Source: a virus
Reading direction: 5' to 3' (one strand)
Virus record (IMG/VR): IMGVR_UViG_3300028831_000215
Span: 1-40,789 of that record
Length of the DNA: 40,789 nucleotides
Shown: positions 32,745 through 40,063 of the stretch, one piece after another
Layout: each line of letters begins with the position of its first letter
Position numbering within the stretch: position 1 is the stretch's first letter
Notes under the pieces: model-generated
What the model was told of the DNA's origin: nothing
The model's input: the letters and a program-made list of their open reading frames with translations, nothing else
Database searches by the model: none
Program-made: the position numbers and the translations under genes

Positions 32745-34732
32745 AAGGGTGTGTTTGGATCTCCGAAGTAGATGTTGAATACCTGATCTTCGTGGTCGGT
32801 CCCGTCCGAAGCCTGGACACCCTGAGTCACGTAGGTTTTGGCCCGGGCGTCATCGTCAGGAGAGACGGGACCGAAGGTGCATCCGACCCTCGCATTGCTG
32901 ATCTTGGTCACCGTGAAGGTGCCGAAGAGCGCCGTCCCCTCGTCGAGCTTCGTGAAGGTGATCGTGTCCCCGTCCAAGTCCACGCAATCCGCTAGGTACT
33001 GGCTGATGGGCGCATGCCCCACGTAGTTCGACATCGGAGAGTAGAAGTACCGAAGGAGCGTCATGTGCGGCGCTCGGTTCACGTTGTTCACCGTGACCGT
33101 TATCGTCTTCTGGTCCGTGAGTAGCCCCGGGTCCGTGGCCTGGGTCACGACGCTATACGTTCCAGAGTCCCTGAAATTCGGGGCCAGGTGGATGTTCCCC
33201 GTCGCCGTTCCTGATCCCGGGTCGGTCGTAGTCACCGCAGCGAAGCTTGGCCCGGAGACGAGAGAGAAGAAGAGAGGGTCCAAGTCAGCGTCCGTGGCGC
33301 TCAGGGCAACGTCCGTCTGCGCCCCTTCGTTCATGGTCTGGTTCGACGGTTGAGTCAGAGACGGAGACCGGGGCACGTCCGAGACGGTGACGAGCATCGT
33401 CTGATCGTTCGTGAGCGACCCGTCCGAGACGCGCACGGTCGTTGAGACGGACCCCGCGTCAGTGTATCCCGGGGCCAGATGGATATTCCCGGTGGCGGTC
33501 CCCGTCCCTCCTGCCGTGGTCGTTACCGTCATGTACGTGGGGCCGGATTGCTTCGAGAAGGTGAGCGATTGCCCGTCCTGATCCGTAGCGGAGAGGGATT
33601 GGTCCGCTGTGGCGTTTTCGTTCACGGTCATGCTGGTAGGAGTGGCCAGCACCGGGGCCACGTTGGTGTTCAGCTTGAATTTGTTGCTGACCGAGCCGTT
33701 CCGGTCGATGACGTAGACGTACTTCCCGGTGAGAGAAGCGAAGGCCCCTTGGTTCGCAGTGATCTTGATGGAGTCTCCGCTGGACTTCCAGAATGTCGCC
33801 GGTTGGATCTCCCGCTGGGTGCAGTTCACGTAGGCCGAGTCGTTCCCAATCTCGACGTGGGCGCGTGTCGTGTCCACGTAGGTGTCTTCCCAATAGGTGT
33901 AAGTCGGGTTTAGCGTGTTCTGGGGGCAGGATGAGATGCCATAGTGCGCGACGAAGTTCCCGAAGAAGACAGTATCCCAATATCGTGAGTCGGCCCGGGT
34001 TTGAACGTTGGCGCTTCGATTGATTGAAGTCGTGTCGTCGATGGTCAGTATCTCGGTGCCGTCCGCCACCCCCGGCGAGGATTGGGCCATGTAGGCTTGA
34101 ATGTGCCGCCAGTGGTTCGCGAAGAAGACGGACCCCCGCCAGGGGGAGGCGGGAAGGAGTAGCGGCGTTCCGCCCCCATCGGAGCCGAGCCGTGCGCCGT
34201 CCGTATCTTGGAAGCAGTAGATGTTCAGGTATTGATTCGGCTGCTGGGTGCTCGCGAAGTCCGCGTGAATCCGAAGAAGCTTCACGTTCCGGGACTCCGG
34301 CGTGGCGGGCGCATAGTTGACCCAGGTGTCGATGTAGAGCACCGGCAGTCCTGGAGCGGGCACGCTGGCGATGCCGAAGTTGGAGGAGTAGTTGCAGCCC
34401 TCGTCGCCGCAGTTCAGAAGATTGTCGAATCGCGCCTGGGCGCTCCTCGTGGAGTTGGTGCGGGTCACGCTGCTGGAGTAGATCGGATAGAGGCCGTGGT
34501 TCGTTCCTGCCCCGTTCTTAGAGAGCGTCCAGCCGTTCCCGATGTTCTGCCCCAAGGTTCCGCCCTCGAACGTATCGAACTTGACCGGGGCCGCGACTCC
34601 CTTGGTCCCGAACCCCGTTCCCACAATAGTCAGGCTGTTCCCGTTCCCGATGACCCCGGAAACGCTCGTGATCTGGGGCGCAGCATGGACCGAAGACGCG
34701 CAAAGCAGTAACGCCAGTAGGAACCGCTTCAA
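32741..34732 (-). CDS. Secreted multidomain protein: signal peptide, IPT-like domain, ConA/lyase-like domain, two or more cadherin-like repeats
   Basis: TTGA-coupled TTG at 34732 gives KRFLLALLLCASSVHA/APQ. There is a tandem repeat with ...SATD.D...TGTATGNIHLAP... Confidence 0.65.
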   Translation of the reverse strand: MKRFLLALLLCASSVHAAPQITSVSGVIGNGNSLTIVGTGFGTKGVAAPVKFDTFEGGTLGQNIGNGWTLSKNGAGTNHGLYPIYSSSVTRTNSTRSAQARFDNLLNCGDEGCNYSSNFGIASVPAPGLPVLYIDTWVNYAPATPESRNVKLLRIHADFASTQQPNQYLNIYCFQDTDGARLGSDGGGTPLLLPASPWRGSVFFANHWRHIQAYMAQSSPGVADGTEILTIDDTTSINRSANVQTRADSRYWDTVFFGNFVAHYGISSCPQNTLNPTYTYWEDTYVDTTRAHVEIGNDSAYVNCTQREIQPATFWKSSGDSIKITANQGAFASLTGKYVYVIDRNGSVSNKFKLNTNVAPVLATPTSMTVNENATADQSLSATDQDGQSLTFSKQSGPTYMTVTTTAGGTGTATGNIHLAPGYTDAGSVSTTVRVSDGSLTNDQTMLVTVSDVPRSPSLTQPSNQTMNEGAQTDVALSATDADLDPLFFSLVSGPSFAAVTTTDPGSGTATGNIHLAPNFRDSGTYSVVTQATDPGLLTDQKTITVTVNNVNRAPHMTLLRYFYSPMSNYVGHAPISQYLADCVDLDGDTITFTKLDEGTALFGTFTVTKISNARVGCTFGPVSPDDDARAKTYVTQGVQASDGTDHEDQVFNIYFGDPNTPF
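33071..33661 (-). repeat. Two tandem cadherin-like / Ig-like domain repeats of about 97 aa inside the secreted protein
   Basis: Amino acids 382-477 and 478-578 of the ORF-track translation align: LSATDQDG/LSATDADL, GTGTATGNIHLAPGY/GSGTATGNIHLAPNF. Confidence 0.7.
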
Positions 34733-35238
34733 TGGACGAACCTCACTTTGTAGGTGCCCCCGCCAGCGTCCGGGTCCGCCGCAGCTCCGGCGATCTGGGT
34801 CCAACGCACTGTGACCGTGTTCGCCGCCGAGACAAACGCCGTGAGGACGTAGTTCGCTCCAATCGTGACCGGAGCGCCCACGATGGGCTGATCCCCCAAG
34901 GCTGCTCCCGTGACCGTGATCGTGAGATCCACGGACCCTGGAACCGCCCCGGGAGCGCCGAAGTTCAACGTGGCCGAATTGCCGCTAATCAGGGGCACTA
35001 GAGTCCCGCCCACGTAGATGCCCTTGTTGGCGCGGAGCGTGTCGTTGTAGATGCCCTTGCCCCAGACAATGAGGTCCCCGGAGCGGAACGGCCCTTCCGT
35101 GCTGATCGAGTCCGAGGCGTGGAGTTTCCCTACCACGTCCGCGTTCCCGGTCACATTCAACCCGTCTCTGACACTCCATCCCAGAGCGACAACAAGAAGC
35201 GCCCCCAGGACGATTCCCTTAGCGAAAGCGCGTCTCAA
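34729..35238 (-). CDS. Membrane-anchored or exported beta-rich protein (169 aa)
   Basis: TTGA coupling. N-terminus MRRAFAKGIVLGALLVVALGW. Confidence 0.55.
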   Translation of the reverse strand: MRRAFAKGIVLGALLVVALGWSVRDGLNVTGNADVVGKLHASDSISTEGPFRSGDLIVWGKGIYNDTLRANKGIYVGGTLVPLISGNSATLNFGAPGAVPGSVDLTITVTGAALGDQPIVGAPVTIGANYVLTAFVSAANTVTVRWTQIAGAAADPDAGGGTYKVRFVH

Positions 35239-36566
35239 TTGTTGCTCCTCCCTATCTCGATCCAGTTGCCGGAGACTCGTACCAAGGTGATCGTTTCGTT
35301 CGGGACGTAGAGAAGATTCCCGTTCAGGTTCAATCCCGCGTTGTCGTCCACCATCCCGTTCGTCGCCGCCGTCCCCGTGAACATGAGCGTGATGATCGTC
35401 CCGTTTGTCCGGGTGCTGATGGAGGTGATGTCCGCCGTGCCGGTAACCCGGAAGACGTTCCCCGTGGGAAGGGTGACGGAGGCGGTCGAGGCGATGTCCG
35501 TCCCTTGGAGGTAATTGCTGCTCCCCGTCGCCGCGTAGTTACCGGTGATGTTTCCGGCCAGATCAATCGAGGCGACCGAGACATCGGACCCGTTTCGGAT
35601 ATCGAGCACCGGGGCTGTCTGGGAAACCTTCCCTTCGACCACGAGCGTGGGAGAGGCGATGGAGGTCGAGATACCGGACTTGACGGTGACGATGGGGGCA
35701 CCGGAGGGAGTCAGCGAAACCCCGCCCGCTCCCCAGAACTTGTGGGAGCCGGTCTGGATGCCGTTTACGAAGTTCGTTCCGGTGGAGTAGGCAAGGCCAG
35801 TGGTCTGCCCCTGCCCCAAGAACTGGATCGAGGAGCCGCGAATGATTGCGTCCGTGCCCAGGAAGAGGCTCGCAGTGCCTGAGTTCGAGAGATCGGCGTA
35901 GCCCCTGAGGAGCAAGAACCCCAGCGCGTTAAAGCTCGTCCTGGACGATCCTAGGAGGGTCTGCCCGTCTGTACGCCCTGCCAGGACCGCAAGCCCTACG
36001 GTATCCGCCGAGGCCAGAGACCCGCCGCAATCCCACTCCCCGTTGATCCGTTCCGCGAAGGTGCCCGATCCCCCACCCGTACAAGGGAGAGAGAACTTGA
36101 GGCAGTCCGAGCAGTAGCGGATCGTCCCGTCGATATCTGCGGGGAGGGAGGCTAGGGTGTGCTGGTCTACCTGGACCGAAGTCCTAGCGTGGGCGATGTC
36201 CGCCGAGGCGGTCCCTACAACATCGGTGCCCGAGGAGTCGGCACGGAAGACACGAGACCCGCCCGCCCAGGACTCAAACGGAGGGCCAACGACGCGGTAG
36301 GCGTCGTATCGCTGCCAGATGTAGCAGGCCCCGGAGCGATAGGGAGGAAGGGACTGTCCTTCGAGACCCGGCCCGATCACGGTCAGCCCCGTGGGGGTTG
36401 TGTACGTGTCCGCCGAGAGAATCCCCGCCGTGGTGCCGTCGTAGTTCTTTCCGGCAAAAGTCCCCGGAATCCATGAATAGACGGCCCCGTATCCCGTGAA
36501 GGCGGCTTGAGAAGGCGCGGCCCAGAGGGAAAGGGCGAGGAGGAGGCAGGCTAGGCGTCTACGCAT
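35235..36566 (-). CDS. Secreted beta-rich, fibre-like protein (443 aa)
   Basis: Classical Sec signal MRRRLACLLLALSLWAAPSQA/AF. The G/T/S-rich body resembles fibre or adhesin proteins. Confidence 0.6.
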   Translation of the reverse strand: MRRRLACLLLALSLWAAPSQAAFTGYGAVYSWIPGTFAGKNYDGTTAGILSADTYTTPTGLTVIGPGLEGQSLPPYRSGACYIWQRYDAYRVVGPPFESWAGGSRVFRADSSGTDVVGTASADIAHARTSVQVDQHTLASLPADIDGTIRYCSDCLKFSLPCTGGGSGTFAERINGEWDCGGSLASADTVGLAVLAGRTDGQTLLGSSRTSFNALGFLLLRGYADLSNSGTASLFLGTDAIIRGSSIQFLGQGQTTGLAYSTGTNFVNGIQTGSHKFWGAGGVSLTPSGAPIVTVKSGISTSIASPTLVVEGKVSQTAPVLDIRNGSDVSVASIDLAGNITGNYAATGSSNYLQGTDIASTASVTLPTGNVFRVTGTADITSISTRTNGTIITLMFTGTAATNGMVDDNAGLNLNGNLLYVPNETITLVRVSGNWIEIGRSNN

Positions 36567-36810
36567 CGGCACCGATCTCCGTCCAACTCATCTGGTAGAC
36601 GCTCCATTCGGTGGCGCTCCATGGGGTGGCGGAGCACTCCATCCATCCGGGGTCTCCGCCGCTTGCCAGATTCGTGTCGATGACAATCTCTCCCATGGTG
36701 TAGGCGATCTGCTGCCCCAGCCCCGTGGACCCGTCGAGCAACCAGTCGATGGGGATCTCATCCCATTGAATGGAAGTCACCGGGACTTCGGCCCAGCCCG
36801 GAGAACTCAC
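36559..36810 (-). CDS. Hypothetical acidic Trp-rich protein (83 aa)
   Basis: GTGA coupling to the tailspike stop. Confidence 0.5.
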   Translation of the reverse strand: MSSPGWAEVPVTSIQWDEIPIDWLLDGSTGLGQQIAYTMGEIVIDTNLASGGDPGWMECSATPWSATEWSVYQMSWTEIGADA

Positions 36811-38042
36811 TGATCCACGACCGATTCAGCCCAGCCCGGGGGAGAAAGAGCCTCCAGGAGCGACACGGCGGGGTTGTGATCCTCGAACGCGCCGTTTGCG
36901 TCCTGGGGCCAGTTCAGGATTTGCCGGTGCTTGGGGTAGGTCATGTTCTGATTCACGGTGTTGTACTCGAATACAAAGGGGCCGCGAGCGCGGGTCAGGT
37001 ACACTCCGCCCGTGATGTAGTGGTCGATGACCGGCACGGTGTTGAGCGAGATGCCTGAGTCGTAGGTGATCCGCCCGTTGCTGTCGGTGACGGTGTTCAC
37101 GAGCACGTTGCCGAGCACGTCCGTGACCTTGACCGAGATGCCCGCGACCGGGGTCCCGGCAACGTTCTGCACCCTTGGGTCGTAGGCCCAATACTCGGGC
37201 AGGTTCCCGGCAGGGATCGTGGTCGCGGAAGAAAGCTTGGTTCCTCCACTCCACTTCGGCCTGACAAGCTTCCCCGAACCGAACGAGGACACGATCACGA
37301 GATCGGCCACGGAGGGAGCGCCGAAGAAGATCATGTCCCTGAGCGCGAGGGCGCTCTGGTTCGTGAGGCGGAGTTGCGCACCCATGGCGTTTCCGCCGCA
37401 GGTGCCGCGACTCATCAGCGTCGGGTTGAAGATCGAGAAGATGGAAGCGGTGGCCCCGGAAGCGTTCCCCCAGAAATCGCAGTTGTAGAAACTCCCGGTA
37501 GGAGTGGAGCCGGAGCCGAGCCGGATGTTGGTGTTGACGCCCGTTCCCGTCGTTCCGATGATGCAGTCGATGTACTCGCTCGACGCATCCCCGACGATGG
37601 CGAGGAAGTTGTTCACGCCTACGGCGGTGAGCGTTCCGCCGTAGATGTTGTGCCGCTGGGAAAGCGTGGTGGCCGCACCGAAGAAAGCGTGGATTCCGTT
37701 TCGGCCCGTCGCCTCAACCCCGCTCCCGACCTTCTTCCCCCAATTGAGGACGCAGTTGGACCCCACGAAGGAGAGGGTCTTCGTGTTGTCCCAATCGAAG
37801 GTTGCGTCCTGATCGGTCCAGGTGGTGGTTGCCGTACCACCCGTGGAAGACCCCATGAGGACGGTGGCGATGCCCCGGTACTTCTTGGTGTTCCCGGTGT
37901 AGGCGGTCCAGTTGGCCGCTACGTTGGCATCGGTCGAAGCCGCCATCTCAGCGGCGGAGTGGGGTTGTCCGGCAGCATGCCCGCCCGTGATGTCGTTGTC
38001 GTCATACTGGCGGATTTGGGTGCCGGTCCAGGTGTACCCGAT
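36807..38042 (-). CDS. Tailspike / depolymerase-like protein (beta-helix plus CarboxypepD_reg-like domain). Start proposed at the ATC at 38042; the first ATG is at 37946.
   Basis: Repetitive G/N/T-rich, beta-helix-like core. VKVTDVLGNVLVNTVTDSNGRITY. The 32-codon in-frame extension is protein-like and has AAGGGA 10 nt upstream. Confidence 0.6.
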   Translation of the reverse strand: MGYTWTGTQIRQYDDNDITGGHAAGQPHSAAEMAASTDANVAANWTAYTGNTKKYRGIATVLMGSSTGGTATTTWTDQDATFDWDNTKTLSFVGSNCVLNWGKKVGSGVEATGRNGIHAFFGAATTLSQRHNIYGGTLTAVGVNNFLAIVGDASSEYIDCIIGTTGTGVNTNIRLGSGSTPTGSFYNCDFWGNASGATASIFSIFNPTLMSRGTCGGNAMGAQLRLTNQSALALRDMIFFGAPSVADLVIVSSFGSGKLVRPKWSGGTKLSSATTIPAGNLPEYWAYDPRVQNVAGTPVAGISVKVTDVLGNVLVNTVTDSNGRITYDSGISLNTVPVIDHYITGGVYLTRARGPFVFEYNTVNQNMTYPKHRQILNWPQDANGAFEDHNPAVSLLEALSPPGWAESVVDQ

Positions 38043-38058
38043 CTACAGTCGTTCCCTT

Positions 38059-38487
38059 CTAGGAAACCTGGCCGTCCACAGCGAAGGCGACGTGATCCAC
38101 CTGGTCACCAGCCTGGAGGTTCGTGATACTCGTAGCGATGTGCCATCCCGCGTTCAACGGGATATCCGGTAGCTGGAACTGGCGGAAGAGCGTCGTCGCA
38201 GCCGTGGTGGACGGGGCGCGGCTCATGCCTCCCGAGAAGGAGTAGTAGACCCCGAGGCCCGCCGTCTGGCCGATGTCGTTCTCGCCGTACCAGATGTACC
38301 TCGTGCCGTCGTGGAGGTAGACGCGCACCGTTCTCGTGATCGCGGTCGCATCGGTCGTGAGCTTGAAAATGAGGGCCTTGAAGTTCCAACACTTGTTCGC
38401 CGGGATCGGGTAATCGAAGTCCGCGCCCGCAATGGGGTCTCCGGGGACAACGATATTCACGGGCGTCGGGGTCGTCTGGACTGGCAA
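38059..38487 (-). CDS. Hypothetical structural protein (142 aa)
   Basis: TAGGAGGAA lies 6 nt before the TTG. Confidence 0.55.
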   Translation of the reverse strand: MPVQTTPTPVNIVVPGDPIAGADFDYPIPANKCWNFKALIFKLTTDATAITRTVRVYLHDGTRYIWYGENDIGQTAGLGVYYSFSGGMSRAPSTTAATTLFRQFQLPDIPLNAGWHIATSITNLQAGDQVDHVAFAVDGQVS

Positions 38488-38654
38488 GCGGGTTCCTCCT
38501 AGGTGGACACGCGCCGGGGTAGGCGCTCTTTTCTCAATTTCGATAAGAACGCGGTCCAGTCCGTCTTCTCGGGCGGAGACTCCAGTCCCCGCCTACGTCT
38601 GGCGTTCCCTCGTGGATGGCGGCGGCGGTTTCGCCGATGGTGACGCGGCACGGT

Positions 38655-38939
38655 CTACTGATACTCGAAGATCACGCGCACCACGTCGTTCAACGTGATC
38701 GCGGCGGAAGTCCAAACCCCCGTCGAAGTCACATATCCGCCCGCCGCCAGCACCGCGTCCGCCGTATCGTTCCATCCGTACGCCTGCCGAAGCTTCGATC
38801 CCGGAGGGAGCGTGTAGGAAACCGTCGTGCCCGACGTGATGAGCTTCAGTTCCGCCTCGGTCCGGCGAATACGCGCAGGCCGCCCCTGGTCCATCTGGTT
38901 CACGTCGTAGTTCGTCGCGCTATTGATCTGAGTCGCCAA
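38655..38939 (-). CDS. Hypothetical structural protein (94 aa)
   Basis: GGGAG SD before the TTG. Confidence 0.55.
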   Translation of the reverse strand: MATQINSATNYDVNQMDQGRPARIRRTEAELKLITSGTTVSYTLPPGSKLRQAYGWNDTADAVLAAGGYVTSTGVWTSAAITLNDVVRVIFEYQ

Positions 38940-38953
38940 CTAGGTTCTCCCTT

Positions 38954-39385
38954 TCAGTGAGAGGCTTTCCGCCTCATGTAGTCGTCGTACCGCTCTCCGG
39001 GCCGTCTATCTCTTTGCCACGGGAGGGCCGGAACCATCATCGTGGGGCGGGTGCGGCTTTGGCCCCACCTTGGATCGGACGCCCGCACCTCGGCGATTTC
39101 GTCCAGCCTTCGCCGTTCGATTTCCCCCTGCGGATTGGCGATCCTGTCGTACCCGAACTCCCGTTCCAGCTTGGCCTCTTGCTCGGACCGCTTCTCGATG
39201 GTCTTCTTGGCCATCCCGATCAACGCTCGGCTGTCCTTCGCCCGGTACTCGAACTGCTCTTCGAGCTTCGCCTTGAACGAGTGGCAAGGCTTTCCGTCCT
39301 TGTCCACGGCCCCGTGAATCTTTTCCAAGACCGGCTGCTTTCCGAGCGGAATCACCTCTACCTCGTCCGCCTTTTTCTTTTTCAC
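38954..39385 (-). CDS. Hypothetical charged protein (143 aa)
   Basis: AAGGGGA lies 6 nt before the GTG at 39385. Lys/Glu-rich, protein-like composition. Confidence 0.55.
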   Translation of the reverse strand: MKKKKADEVEVIPLGKQPVLEKIHGAVDKDGKPCHSFKAKLEEQFEYRAKDSRALIGMAKKTIEKRSEQEAKLEREFGYDRIANPQGEIERRRLDEIAEVRASDPRWGQSRTRPTMMVPALPWQRDRRPGERYDDYMRRKASH

Positions 39386-39986
39386 GATGCATCCCCTTGG
39401 GCCATTCTTCTCCTGTGAGATGGGCGTACATGGGACCCAGCTCCGGCACCTCCTGCTGGTACTGGAGGATTTGTAGGTTCGGTTCCTGAGCGGTCCCCAG
39501 GTTCTTCGCCACGGTCCTCGTGATCGTGGCCTTGTCCGTGATGTACGTGAACCCGAGCATGAGCCGCCCTTCTTTCACGATCCGCTTGTTGATGACCTCG
39601 GGCGGCAAGGTGTAGCAGCGGTCGGCGTCCTCTCCGTCCCCGTAGGGAGCGTGGAGGATCGCGTTGAAGGGGGCTTTCCTCATGGACCGCATCTTCTCGG
39701 CCCACGCCCTCAAGGGGCATCTGTCATAGACCCAGCAACCGAGGTTGTCCTGGGTGGGCCTGGAACAGGTGCCTACGAAGGGCTGGTCTCTATCGAACCG
39801 TGGATCTTCGGGGAGCCGGACCGGACGGACATGCTTTCCGCCGCCGTTGGGGTAGAGCACAAAGGTCTCGGGGTCGTAGCGAAAGGCTCCGCTTTCGGCC
39901 TCGGAGTGCGGGATGGTGCGGAGCCTGATTTCTTCGTGGGTCGGGATGTTCGTTGCATCGACGACTAGTTCTCGGTTGTCGGGCAT
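39006..39986 (-). CDS. Hypothetical protein downstream of the capsid gene. The first ~200 aa look genuine. The last ~130 aa are an Arg/Gly-rich read-on overlapping 38954..39385.
   Basis: GGAGGAGG SD before the ATG at 39986. There is no in-frame stop until 39006. Confidence 0.5.
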   Translation of the reverse strand: MPDNRELVVDATNIPTHEEIRLRTIPHSEAESGAFRYDPETFVLYPNGGGKHVRPVRLPEDPRFDRDQPFVGTCSRPTQDNLGCWVYDRCPLRAWAEKMRSMRKAPFNAILHAPYGDGEDADRCYTLPPEVINKRIVKEGRLMLGFTYITDKATITRTVAKNLGTAQEPNLQILQYQQEVPELGPMYAHLTGEEWPKGMHREKEKGGRGRGDSARKAAGLGKDSRGRGQGRKALPLVQGEARRAVRVPGEGQPSVDRDGQEDHREAVRARGQAGTGVRVRQDRQSAGGNRTAKAGRNRRGAGVRSKVGPKPHPPHDDGSGPPVAKR

Positions 39987-40010
39987 CGCCTCCTCCAATG
40001 AGCAGGAGTC

Positions 40011-40043
40011 GCGGGAGCGGCCTTGGACGTGCGCCGCCCCCGC
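40011..40043 (-). terminator. Strong stem-loop after the capsid gene (11-bp stem, 11-nt loop, no U tract)
   Basis: GCGGGGGCGGC/GCCGCUCCCGC on the minus transcript. The single non-Watson-Crick pair is G-U on the minus RNA but A-C on the plus RNA. Confidence 0.4.
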
Positions 40044-40063
40044 TTCCCCTTGCGATTACGAAA

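Noticed and set aside
36789-36845. Short CAGCCCAGCCCGG duplication and a shared SPPGWAE/SSPGWAE peptide at the tailspike / 83-aa gene junction
   Set aside because: Only about 13 nt are shared. This is most simply a small local duplication at an overlapping GTGA junction, and it is too short to interpret.
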